Below, one piece after another: positions 38,086 to 50,738 of a stretch of 64,000 bases of DNA (the stretch's first letter is position 1; each line of letters starts with the position of its first letter). This DNA comes from Callorhinchus milii (taxonomy: Eukaryota). The stretch covers positions 3,906,001-3,970,000 of the forward strand of contig NW_024704771.1 of assembly GCF_018977255.1 (NCBI RefSeq), in the 5' to 3' direction. A program made the position numbers and the translations under genes. Under the pieces are notes generated by a model. It ran no database searches. It was not told where the DNA came from and saw only the letters and a list, made by a program, of their open reading frames with translations.

Positions 38086-38117
38086 CCCCGCCTCCCTCCC
38101 CAAGTTGGCGCATGCGC
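38086..38117 (+). promoter_or_regulatory. Candidate promoter of butyrophilin-like gene 2 (GC box plus NRF1 site)
   Basis: CCCCGCCTCC at 38086-38095 and the palindrome GCGCATGCGC at 38108-38117, about 420 nt upstream of the acceptor (38532) of the ATG-containing exon. Confidence 0.45.
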
Positions 38118-38605
38118 AGCAGTCTATTTCCGCGTTCAGAGCTGCAAGTGACCTGTGGCTTAGAAGGAGCTCCTCCTCAACACGTCCTCCTCACTGCAAG
38201 ATCAGGGCCATCACCCCCCATCACCACCAGCACCACCACCTCCACCACCACCACTCTCTCTGGGTCTCTCACAAGCCCATGAACATGTTTGTGTGTGTGG
38301 GTCCCACCAGTCAGGACAACCCAATGAGGAAATAGCACAACCCAGAAAACTGGGTGGACTTTGATGCTTTCTGTGAGTAGATGACTTGGCTTGAAAGCGA
38401 AACGGCTGTGGGTCTGCGATAAGCTCAGACAGACGATCATACGCCACCGTGTCCCACCAAGTTGTGGATGGAGTGACTAATTTATTATTTGGCGGTGTGC
38501 AATGTAAACTCTGGGTTCCTTGTTTCTTACAGCTTTACCGCAGAGAGTAGTAGCTCTCTGGTACCTGTTCAGACTAAAAATCCCACCAGCAAAGCTTTGG
38601 GGTCA

Positions 38606-41600
38606 ATGGATCCGAAGTTCTACTTTCTGATGTTCCTTCGGTCGATGCCTTCAGCCTTTGGTAAGAAAAAGAACTCCGCCTTTTCTGACTTGCATGCGTT
38701 TTGTCTGTCCAGCTACATTCAGGTGAGATGTTTGAAACCAGGGTCCCAACTGCCCGGAAACAAATCAAATGTTCACCAGAGGCTAGCATTTATTAATAAA
38801 TACATTAATAAATATCTGGTAAATATCATTACCAGGGATGAGGGACTTCAGCTATGTGGAGAGACGAGAGAAGCTGGGATTGTTCTCCTTAGACCAGAGC
38901 GGGTTGAGGGGAGATTTAATAGAGGTGCTCAAAATTACGAGGGATTTTGATAAAGTAAATTAAGAGAAACTGCTTCCCGTGGCGGGTTGGTAACCAGAGG
39001 ACACAGATTTAAGACGATTGGCGAAAGAACCAGAGGGGAGGCGAAGAGAAGCATAAATTATGAGAACAGGTTGCATAAACGTGGTCAGTATTCCCTTGAG
39101 TTTAGAAAGTTGAGGCGTGATCCAATTGAGGTTTTTTAAAACAATTCAGAAGGGCAGTTACAGAGAAACTATTTCCTCTGATGGGGGAATCCAGAACAAG
39201 GGGGCATCTTCTTAAAATGAGAGCTAGGCCATTTAGGGATGGAATTAGAACATGATATCTCAGGATACAGTGCATAGTTTGGGACACAACATGTCAAGTG
39301 ACTGCCAGGAAGGCAACCTAGATGGACCTTGGTCTTCTTTTGTCTAGCAAATTCTTATCTTCTTATATTAGGACCCAAAGGGTATTGGAAATTTGGAACT
39401 CTCTTCCCCCCCAAAAAAAGTGGTGGATGCTGGATCCGTTCACATTTTCAAAACTGTCGGATATTGAGGGAAACGGGAGCAAAGACGGGTAATTGGACTT
39501 GAGGGACAGATCAGTCGTAATCTTGTAGAATGGCGGAAAAGGTTCGAGGGGCTGAATGGCCTCCTCATGTAGCTACGCTTCCAGTTTCCTACTTACTGCA
39601 AGATAAACACAGGCATGTGTAGGAAGTAAGGAAACCTGCCTAAGGTTTTGCCCCGACCGGGAATCGAACCCGGATCCTCTCGCTTGCTGACCACTACACT
39701 AACGGGCTTCTCTGGTTGTGGATTCCCTAGGCTTCATCGTGAGAACGCCGGAGAACGCGGTGGTGGGCATTGTTGGGGGACAGGTTGTGTTGGACTGCCA
39801 GCTGGTGCCGGCTGAGCTACCGGCCAACGTGGAGGTGCGGTGGAACAGATTAAAGTTGGGGGAACCCGTCCATCTGTACAGAGAAGGGAAGGACCAGCCC
39901 ACGCTGCAAGATCTCAGCTATGCCCACAGGACGGAACTGTACAAATCGCAGTTCAGGAATGGCAACGTGTCCCTGTTGATTAAGCAGCTGACGGTGCAGG
40001 ACGAAGGGGTCTACAGCTGTCAAGTAGCTTCCGGTCAAGAGAGAAAAGATAATAAAGTCATGCTGAAGATCGCAGGTGACGGAAAGCTCCCTCTGCCAGT
40101 GCCTGTCCACTGGCTCCCTATTGCCAAACAAATCGATTTCAAGTTCCTGGCCAACCGTCCCCCAAACTAAACCGTTCGCTCACTCCATGACTGTCAGCGC
40201 GACAGTGCTGCGGTGCAGACCAGACCGGCTGCAGGTTTCACCCACAAAACACACAGTCACTACACTCACCGGTAAATCCTGTCAAGCGCTGCGAGATGTC
40301 CAGGCAACGTGATAAGGCACTGGATGCGGAGCCCTGTAGCAGCGGGTTGGTTAGAGCACTCTCCTCGCAAGCGAGAGGACCCGGGTTCGGTTCCCGGGTG
40401 GGGCGAAAGTTTCCGTACCCCGCACGCCTCGGTTTGCCTAACGCTAAGTAGGAACCCGGTTGTTAGTCGAATGCTTTCTGGGGGTAAAAACCTCTCTCCC
40501 CCCCCCCGAAAAAAAATGGTCACTGAATCCACAACTGGGACACCGCTGCGCGCGATCGGCTGCCGAGTTTCGCTCACAGTCGATCCGCCGCGAAGCGCTT
40601 TTGAGACGTCCCGACGACGTGACGGGGCGCGATACCAAATGCCGGGCTGCCCGGAAAGAGTTAACTGGCTGCAGCAAAGCTGCTCAGAGCAATGACCGAC
40701 CGGGAGTGGATTACACGGGTCTGGGAACCTGCTTAACCTGCCCAGGTTCAGTCACGTCAGGACTGTACCAAGAGTGGGCCAGTAGGGGATCTGTGGCGTG
40801 TCTCGCCTTGGCCCAGAGCCCGATGAGTCTCTCCGACCCTGAGCCCAGCCCCGGAGCGAGCAGACGTGCATGGGGGCAGACGAGAGGGGGTGGGGGGGGG
40901 GGGTGGGGTGGGTGGTGGTGTGGGGGAGCCTGCGAAGGCAGCGATGCATGCGGGTCGACGCCGGGCGAGAGACACCTGCCCGTTCCCCTTCCTGACGCAA
41001 TCGCTGGCTCCCCCAGCTCAGGACACACCTGTGGGAGGTGGGAGGGTCAGGGAGGCACCCGGTAAAGGTGTGTTTGCTGTCAGCAGCCGCCGCGCTCCAC
41101 CGCGGAGTCGGAGGCACCTTTAAGGTCCGGGCGCTCGAATATTTGCTCGGAGCAAACACGAACTCTTTCCAGCTGATTCCTCTGGTTTGGGGGCAGACGT
41201 GGCTGTTTGGAGAGAGAGAGAGAGAGAGAGAGGGAGCGAGAGAGCGAGCGCGCGGGGAACAAGGCAACTTTGCTTCTTCCCACTGGGAGACGACGGGAGG
41301 TTTGGTCTGAACTGGTTTCAAGGTTGGTTCTGCACTTCAGCCGCGGCTTTGGTCTCTTTCTGTTTCTGTCCGAGACTTTCGCCGGGTTCCTCTGGTGCGG
41401 GAGGAGAGGAGGAGGAGGAGGAGGAGGGGGGAAGAGGAGGAGGAGGGGGGGGGGGAGGAGAGGTTGTGTTTGCACGTAGTTCAGGAGCTGTGGATAGAGA
41501 CAGCTCTGACGCGTGAGATATAATAATAATAATAATATTCCTTACTCTCGGTATTTAGCGTCTTATCACATCGTTGAGACACGTTGAAGGGCTTTCCTCT

Positions 41601-41620
41601 CTCTCACTCTCTTTGTATCC

Positions 41621-41651
<31 letters not shown>

Positions 41652-44600
41652 CTACTCTCTGTCCCTTTCTCTCCCCCGGTCTCTCTCTGTCGTTATCTTT
41701 CTCTCTCTCTCTCTCTGTACCTCTTTCTCTCGTCTCTCATTCCCTTCCTCTGCCTTTCTCTGTATCTCTCTCTCTCTCTCTCTCTAATCTTGTCTCTCTC
41801 TTTCTGCGTGAGTGTGCGTCTCTCTCTCTCTCTCTCTCTAATCTTGTCTCTCTCTTTCTGCGTGAGTGTGCGTCTCTCTCTCTCTCTCTCTCTCTAATCT
41901 TGTCTCTCTCTTTCTGCGTGAGTGTGCGTCTCTCTCTCTCTCTCTAATCTTGTCTCTCTCTTTCTGCGTGAGTGTGCGTCTCTCTCTCTCTCTCTCTAAT
42001 CTTGTCTCTCTCTTTCTGCGTGAGTGTGCGTCTCTCTCTCTCTCTCTCTCTCTCTTATTTGGACAATCTCTGGCCAAACCGGTTCGATTTTTTTTCCACC
42101 TCTTCCAACCGATCCGACGCTGAAACGCTTCAAGGCGCCTCAAGCAGTGTAGTGACTGTCCTTCATATCCTCCGCAGCCGTCTGATGCCCTTTAAGAAAA
42201 AAAAAAGGGTGGCGCCGGCTCACGGGTTAAATGGCCTCTCCTATCCCGGGAGCGAACTTTTTACGAAGGTGATAAATTTGGCAATGGAATGACGTATTCC
42301 AGGGCACGCGCTGCTGATGACGGCACGGCCCGGCCCGGCCCGGCCCGGCCCAGCCCGGCCCATCGGCAGGACCCGGAAGGGCCGACCAGTCAACGGCAAC
42401 GGCAACGAGTCATTCCCCCCCCTCGGCTCCGGTTAACCCCTACAAACCAAAAGCCTAACTGTCCCATCTGGAGAATCGGTGGGAAATCAGTGATAGCAAT
42501 GGCAATCTGTGGCTTTAGCCGGTTGGACCCCGGCCGTTACCCCAACGCACGCTCTGGGCTTCCCCCCCTCCACCGCCCACCCCAAGCCTCGGCTCTCGCC
42601 GACCCGTGCTTAATACTCTCCGGAATTAGGTGAGCAGGATGCCTCCCTCCAGGGAGAGAGAGAGAGAGAGCGCACGGAGACTCTTAAGGAACTGTGGCGT
42701 GGATGAGGGGTTAAACTTCTCTCCCCGGTTGCGCCCTGTTCCGGACGTGTGCTCAGATCTCCAGGTCTCCCAGTGCCGTGTAAATGTTGTTGTTGTTGTT
42801 GTCAGAGGGGAAAAGAGAAGGGAGTTTTCCCTCTTCCCCCTCCCCACACACACGCATCACCCCACACACACACGCACCCCACACACGCACCCCCACACAC
42901 GCACACCCACACACACACACACACAGACCCACACGCGTCTCTGTTTATCCAGAACAATCCGAATAATCCTGTGCACAGAATGGCCGCCGAGTTAACCCCT
43001 TCCCCCCCCCCCCTCCCCGGGCCTGTCGTTCCAGCTCCTGGTCCGCCAGTGAGGAAGAGGAGAGGACCGGAGGGGCCGTGACGATGACGGAATCGTGCCG
43101 GGTGTGCGGCGAGCGGCTGCGGGGGAACCGTCGGCGCTGGATCTTCGGCCAGGCGGGGTCGGTGGACCTGCGGGTGGTCCTGTCCCACGTGCTGGCGCGG
43201 GCGGTCCGCAGGGACGGGCGCGGCGAGTTCCTGTGCGGGAAGTGCGTCTTCGTGCTGGAGCGCGTTTACCGCTACGACGCGGTGCTGGCCCGGGTCCAGG
43301 CGCTGTCCATCGAGAGAGTCCAGCGCCTCCTGACGGAGCGGGACAAGCTGTGCGGGGACGTGAGGCGCTCTTACCTCCGGCGCCACCCGCAGGGTTCCGA
43401 GCCCCCCTGGACCGGGCAGGAGACGGCGGCCGACAACGCCGAGCCCCCGCACGTGCCTTACAACCTCCTGCTCCAGGACGACATGGCGCTCAGCTGCTTC
43501 GAGAGCTGGTCGGAGCGCGGCGAGGGGACGCCCCTCGGGCACCGGCCCTGCCGCCACCCGCTCTGTCGCGGCTGCCACGCCCTGCGCGTGCCCGACTCGG
43601 ACTACGAGTCGGTGTGCAAGGTCCCGCGGCGTCTGGCCGGGGGACGGCGGACGCCCCCCTTCCCGCTGTCCCGGGATAAGTCGCGGAGCATGCCGCTGGA
43701 CTGGCTGTTCAGCCCGAAGCGCTCGCGCGCCCACTCGGCGTCGAGCTCCTCGTTCGGGGGGAGAACGAGGAGCGAGGAGGGGGTCTTCGAGGAGGAGGTG
43801 GAGGAGGAGGGGGCGAGTGGGATGCCTGGACGCCCCTCGCCTCCGAGCGCTCGCTCTTCCCGCTCAGCCGGAGTCTCTCCCTCATCGCGTCTCGCCCGCT
43901 CCGCCCTCCGCCCGGCAGCAGAATTCCGGTCCGTCTTCCCAGCGGGGCTTCCTCCCCCCGGGGGGCCGGGACCCCCACCCCAGGGCCGCAGCCCCCCGAC
44001 CCCAGCGAGGACCTGGAGGAGCTCCGTGAGCAGATGGCCGACATGTACCTGCCCCTGAACATGGAGGTGCGTAACCACGGCGACCGCGAGACCTTTCCCT
44101 CCTTTCTCTCGCTCGCTGTCATTCATTGTCAAGTGTAGTGACTGTGTATTTTGCACGGGTCAGATGCACGGTTGCCCCCCCAAAAAATCTGCTCTGGTTA
44201 GTGCGGCATCACATGGCAACTTGTCCCTCTGCTCCACCGGCCGCCACACAGAGACACCTTACCAGTCGTTACCAGGTACCAGGATCAGCTGATTTGAACC
44301 TCCCTGACCCGGGGAAGGCCGAGAGCGAGCAGTCTCACGGCTTCCCCATCCCTGCACGGCCCCAGCGAGGACCTGGTTATTGGCCTTCTCTCTTTGGTTT
44401 CTACCTTTCAGAAGTTCTTGGCGAAGGAGAAAAGGTTTGAGGAGCTGGAGGTGAAGGTCGGACAGCTGAGCGGACGCCTCGAGGTGGCGAGGACCCAAAG
44501 CCGGACGAGGGACTGTGAGCGGGTGAGACCCCGCGAGGCCCTGCCCGCCTGCCCACGCCAACCCCTGGGCTCCCGCCGCGCAGTGGTTAACACGCTCGCT

Positions 44601-47600
44601 CCGCAAGTGAGAGGAAACCGGGTTCAATTCCCGGGCAGGGGACCCTTGCATTGAGACGTCTCAAAGCGCTTCCCAGAATAGACTGTAAAGCGTAGTAGCT
44701 GTGCGTTTTGTGGGTGAAACGTGGGTAATAAATAATCTCTCCCCCCCCCCCCCCAAAAAAAAATGCCCGACTGTCTGTGGGACGCTGCGGTGCGTAATTT
44801 GGCTCCGGTGTTTCGCCCACAAAACACAGTTAATCCACTTTACGGTACACTCTGCGAAGTCTCGACGACCAACGCGAGGGTTGTTATACCCTCCTCCGCC
44901 CCCTGCGCGACGGATGCCCAGCGGGAGACCCACCCTGTACCCCCACCTCAGTGTGTTTCTCCATAGGAGCCCCTTCCCCGAGAGCCAGGGGCCCCACCAG
45001 GCGACCCCGGGCCCCGGCGTGAAGGGAGGGCGAGAGTCCGTCTGCTCCAGGAGCTGCTCAACAAGGAACAGTTACTGCAGGTGATGGTGATGGGGGGGAA
45101 AGGGAGTGTTGGTCTCTCGCTCTCACTCTGTGTCTCTCGTTCTCTCACTTTCTCTCTCTCCACGTTGCACTTTCTGTTTCTCGCTCGTTCTCTCACTCTC
45201 TCTCTCTCTCTCTCTCTNNNNNNNNNNNNNNNNNNNNNNNNNTCTCACTCGCTTTCAAATCCCTTCACCCTCTGGCATCCACCTACCTCTCTGAGCTGCT
45301 TTCTCCCCACTCTACTTCCCGTTGCCTCCACCTCGACTGGCTCCGGCCCCCTGCTTGTCCCTCCGTTTCACTCATCGGTGACCAGGCTTTCAGCCACTAC
45401 GCCCCAAAACTCTGGAACACTCTTCCTCTATCCCTCCCCCCTCGCCCCTTCCTTCTCCATCTTCATGTCGTGCCTGAAGACCTTCCTCTTCGACCATATC
45501 TACGGTCACCTCCCCCCCGCCCATCTCGGTGTCGTGCTCCTCCACTTTCAAGCGCTTTGGGACGCTGCCCTGGATGAGGGACGCTACATAAATGCAAGTT
45601 GTTATTTCAACAAAATTACGTTTATACGACGCCTTTCACGTCGGGAGGACAACCCAAGGAGCTGTAGTTAAGGATTTTCGCCCAAGCTGGGGTTTCGGAT
45701 CAGGAGGGGTGGAGGGCAGGGAGTGTGAGGGTGGAAGGGTGATTTTGGTTAAGCTTGGACGCCTCTTAAGCCGGACAAAATGGCCAATACGTTCTGCTTA
45801 ACAGTCTTCCACTGTGTGATAAAATCCACGTGTGTTAATCATCAGCTGTTGGCCTGAATCCCGTGATCCAGTTGACTGGCCACAGAGGCTCGATGGTGGA
45901 GCTGGGGTGCACGTCTAAGGGCTGGTACCCAGAACCGAAGGTGATGTGGCTGGACGGACACAAGGAGGAGTTGCGGAAACGAGAAGTGACGGAAAATAAG
46001 GTGGAGATGAAAAGGATGGAGTTTTATGAAGTGAACAGCAGTGCTGTGGTGATGCAGGACAGTCAAAACATATTCTCCTGTGTCATTCGCAACGATCTCC
46101 TGAATTCAATGAAAGGCGTCACCGTCCAGATATCAGGTCTGTTATAAATCCGTGTGCAGTTTTGGTCTCCTCATTTAAGGAAGGATGTACTTGCCTTGGA
46201 GGGGGTGCAACGTAGATTTACTCGGTTAGTACCAGGGATGAAGGGGATGAGTTACAAGGATAGGTTGACCAATTTGGGCCTATACTCTCTAGAATATAGA
46301 AGAATTAGAGGGGATCTTATAGAAACCTATAAGATCATCAAAGGCCATGATAGAGTAGAGAGTGGGAGATTGTTTCCCCAATTGGAGAGACTAAAACCAG
46401 GGGTCACAACCTTAAAATCAGAGGCAGCCCTTTTTCAATGAGTTGAGGAAGAACTTCTTCACTCAAAGGGCGGCGAATGTATGGAACTCACTACCCCAAA
46501 GGGCTGTTGACGCTCAGTCCTTGAACATATTCAAGACTGAGATAGATAGATTTCTTATTGCTGAAGGGATTAAGGGATATGGGGATAAGGCGGCGTCAGG
46601 TTATTAGCTGGAGTTAGATTAGAAGATCAGCCATGATTGAATGACGGGGCAGAGGCTCGAAGGGTTGAATGGCCTCCTCCTGCTCCTATATGTTATCTTA
46701 TAAATCAATCCCTTTATTTTTAGCTGTAATCTCGCTGCAACTTCAGGCCCATTTGGCCAAGTTATTATCTCGCTTATCCTCCCGCCTCCCCCTCCCACAT
46801 AATTCTCACAAGTGGAGTCCTGTAACCCAGTGGTTAGAGCACTCGCCTCGAAAGCGAGAGGACCTGGGTTCAATTCCCAGTCAGGGCGAAACCTAGGCAA
46901 GTTTCCTTCCTCCACACACACACACACGACTCTGTCGGCCTAGCAGGAGTTAGGAACCCGGTTGTTAGTCGATTGGCGGATCGCTTTACCGTAATAATCC
47001 CTCCAAAAAAAATCCCAAATACGGTCACTCGATCCACATCTCTGACGTAGCCCCGTTTGTGGGACGTTTCTGTGCGAAATTGGCTGCCGGGTTTGGCCCA
47101 CAAAATACGCAGTCACTCCACTTGAAGCTGTGATACGCGCAATATCAAATGCAAAGATTATTACTGTATAATGTTATTCATCGCTCCCCTCCTCCCCTCT
47201 CTACAGGACAGTTCTTCCCCAGTGTCTGCGGCTGGCTCTCGGCATTCTGGGTTATTTTCGTGCTCTTCCTGTTAGTGATTCTGCTCGCGGTGTACTTGCT
47301 GTGGAGACTCAGAAAATTGGTCTCGGTTAACAAAGGTAAGTCTGGAGCTTGGGGATTTAGGCCAAGGTTCGAGCCCGACTGGAGAACTGGGGGCGAAATG
47401 GGGTTGGGGTGGTGCCAAGAGCGTCTCGAGCTCATAGTCTAGGCTGATGAGATGAGACGTGAAACCTCGCTCTCCATCTGTGCCCGTTCAGGCGGGTGTG
47501 GAGTCCTGTAGCGTAGTGGTTAGAGCGAGAATACCTTGGCAAGTTTCCACACTTCTGTCTACCTAGCAGTAACAACGACAGCAATTTGCATTTATATGGT

Positions 47601-49787
47601 GCCCTTCCCCGCCCGCGGTAGCTTCCCGGAGTGCTTGACAGTGACGGAGTCTGACCTCGAGGGAGGGAGGGAGGGAGGGAAGGAGGAAGGTGACCATAAG
47701 CTCGATCCAAAAAAGGAAGGTCTTTAGGCGGGGGGGCATTGAGGGAGAAAGTGGCTGAAGGCGGAGGAGGGGACGAGGGATGAATAGGAGCCGAGCGGAA
47801 GCAGTGGGTGGGGGAGTGGGGGTAAGTGGGCGCCCAGTTGTTAGTTGATTGGTGTTTTATACCCATGATTGACAGACACGTCTTGTTTTTCAGAGCTGAA
47901 AAAGAGACCTTCTGTAAACGGTAAGTTAAGATCACTCCCCCTCCCCTTTAATGTCAGGTCTCGGAAACCTCCAAGCAATCACCCATCTAGACCGTATCTT
48001 ACCGTATCTCGCCATCTTCCTGGTGGGGGGAGGTAAGCGGGGTTTCCTGTGAGCCGAACTGGCTCTAGGGTGACACACTTGGCAAGGGAATGTCAGAATC
48101 CAGCCAGGCCAGGCCTCTGTGGAGGTCTCTAGTCTGGTTCCAGAGCCTGGAGGGTCCACAGTATTCCAGGGCACTCACTGCTGATGACACCACAGCCCGG
48201 CCTGGCTCATCGGCTCATCTGGAAGGGCCGACCAGTCAGGGAATCATCCCACTCAGCTCCTGTTAACCCTGCAAGCCGAAGCCCCAACAGGTCGGGTGGT
48301 CCTGGCTGGACGAGCAGCGGGAAAGGCTGGCCAGACAGCGATATCAGTTGGTTAGGCTCGAGCAGTTACCCCAACACACATGCTGGGCTTTCCCCACCCC
48401 CACCCCCCAAGCCTTGGCTCTCCAACCCGTGCCTAATACTCTCCGGAATTGGGTCAGAAGGATGCCTCCCTCCAGGGTCAGAGTGCGGATTCCGTTCCAA
48501 CACTCTGTCGCTGGGATTTCCAGGTGTAGTGGGAAGCCTGGAACTTCTCAGCTTGGTTTGGAGACTCTTAAGCAACGGTGACGGGTTTCCGCGTGTGTCA
48601 GACACCCGACTGACCCCGAAATAAATAGCTGGTTAGACTCCAGCTCATTAACAGGCTCTGGGGTCCCCAAGCTGTGGTCACCTGTGGTTTAAGCTACTCC
48701 ACTCTAGTGGGGAAACAAAAAGCACCCAACTTCGGTCTTCATAATTGCTAACAATATTTCTTTTGAATCTCTTTTGCCTCTATCAGAATATGAAGAGCTG
48801 CAGCGTAAACTGGGTGAGTAACCAAAGCAGCGCAAGGGATCTGAGGCACTGCCCCGTGCGAACAGCTCAATGTAAATGCAAGTTGTAATAATAATAATAC
48901 TCCTTATCGCATTTTTTTCTGGACGGGATCTGAGCCATTGCTATGCTCCCGGTTCTATACAGATGGATAAAAACGTAAGTTCGGCCGGACGAACCGCCTC
49001 GTTGCAGCCGTGCTCTAACCTCTGTGCTACGGGACTCCCAACAAGTACTCGTTGTCCGTCCGAAAACGTCCAGCTTTAATTTCTGGCCAGAATCAAATCA
49101 AACGAGCGACGCAATGTGGTCCTTGGGACGTCCTCCCGACGTGAAAGGCGCTCTATAAGTGGAATCTTGTTGTTGTTGTTGTTGAAACCTGCGTGTTTTT
49201 AACTGGTTAGACTCCAGCAGTCATCACAACAACAACTTGCATTTATGCGGAGCGTCTCGGAGCACTTAACTGACGGAGCTTGACACCGAGTTGGGTTGAG
49301 AGGGGGGCGGGGAGGGGAGGGGAGATGGCCGTAATCATGGTCGAAGAGGAAGGTCTTCAGGTTTGATCTGAAGACCGGCAAGCAGGAGACGAGGCTGAGG
49401 GATTGAGGCAGGGATTGAGTTTGGGGGCGGAGTGGCTGCTGATGGAGGAGCAGAAAGCGCGAGCGGCACGGAGGAGGCCGGAGTCGGTCTACTTCTGGGC
49501 AAAGGCCGGGGGTATTGGAGTGGGGAGTAACCAGGTCGGAGAGGTGGGGAGGTGCCAGGGGGTGAAATGAGTTCCACCCATACAACGCACACTCTGGTGT
49601 TCCCCCACCCCAACCCCCCATTCACCGCACCACCACCCCACCGCCCGCCCGCCCGACCTCCAGCCTTGGTATTCGTCAATTTGTGCCTAATACTGTCCAG
49701 AATTCGGCAATGAGTGTGTCACTGTGAAGCAATTTAACTGTTATCTCTTTCCCTTGACAGAGAAAGAGCGGGCGGAGTCAGACCAAG
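38606..49787 (+). CDS. Butyrophilin-like gene 2 (signal peptide, IgV, IgC, TM, three 27-nt heptad exons; 3' end not found)
   Basis: Signal exon 38606-38660 (MDPKFYFLMFLRSMPSAF); IgV 39731-40075 (VVLDCQL...VRW...PVHLYREGKDQ...YAHRTEL...GNVSLLIKQLTVQDEGVYSC); IgC 45846-46136 (ELGCTSKGWYPEPKVMW...FSCVIRNDLL); TM 47207-47335; heptad exons 47894-47920, 48787-48813 and 49761-49787. All phase 1 with canonical GT-AG. The IgV-to-IgC link spans another gene's exons and an N gap. Confidence 0.82.
38830..39570 (+). mobile_element. CR1 LINE 3' fragments
   Basis: Two degenerate CR1 ORF2 C-terminal pieces and a CR1 3' UTR (GAGGGGCTGAATGGCCTCCTC). Confidence 0.7.
41595..42055 (+). repeat. (CT)n-rich tract with a compound ~50-55 bp unit (CTAATCTTGTCTCTCTCTTTCTGCGTGAGTGTGCG) x5
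   Basis: Direct reading of the sequence. Confidence 0.9.
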
Positions 49788-50692
49788 GTATGTGAGAGCT
49801 TTCATCCCATTAACATCACGTTAACCTACAGCTTTTTAACCTACCACCTAAGTGGGGTTTCCTTGGGGTTGAACTGACCCCCCAAGGTAACATGTTTGGC
49901 AACAGAACGTCAGCGTCGAGCCAGGCCTCTCCGTCGCGGTCTCCAGTCCGGTTTCCTGAACAGGATGCATCCCCTCCATGGAGACAGAGGGTGGATTCCA
50001 TTCCAACTATCTATCTCTGGGATTCCTGAGTGTACTAAGTGGGATGTATGGAACTCTCCGCTTGATTTGGAGACTCTGAAACACGTGGAAACCCATCACC
50101 GCGCTTCCGACACCCGGCTGAGCAGGAGAAAAAAGCTCAAAGTATTAATAATACCCCTTTGCTCGGGGTTAGCCTGGCTCGGTCACCAACGTCCTCTCGC
50201 CTCCGAGTTAGATGGTTCTGGGTTTCAGCCCCACGTGGGGACTTCGAGCTCACAGTCCAGGCTGAGGCTCCATAACTGCTCTGGGGGGAGCCTCGCATTG
50301 TCAGGAGCGCCGTCCTTTAGATGAGACATTAAACAGGTCCTGTTTGCTGTGCGGTGTTTTCTGTGGAGCGCTTTGAGATGTGAGGAACCTAAGGATTATT
50401 ATTTATTATTATTATTACAGGACTTCAGACGTTGTTGCATCAGCTCTCTCCGTCACTCTCCGTGTCACTCACACGCTCGTTCTGTCTCTTACTCACTCGC
50501 TGCTCTCTCTCTCTGTCCCTCACTCGCTTTCTCTCTCGTCTTTTCTCTCTCTCTCTCTCCCTGTCACACTCTGTTTCTCCCGCACTCATTCTCTCTCTCT
50601 TACTGCGTCTCTCACTCATTTTCTCTCACTCTCTGTATCTCTCTCTCACGCCCACGCTCTGTCTCTCACTCTACGTCTCTTTCACTCACTCA

Positions 50693-50738
<46 letters not shown>

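Noticed and set aside
40752-41321. 189-aa minus-strand ORF as a separate gene
   Set aside because: It runs through (CT)n and poly-C tracts, with no recognisable domain or supporting splice pattern; retained only as a possible regulatory region.
42802-43734. 310-aa antisense ORF
   Set aside because: A shadow of the GC-rich myomegalin-like exon 1, starting in a CA microsatellite, with no recognisable domain.
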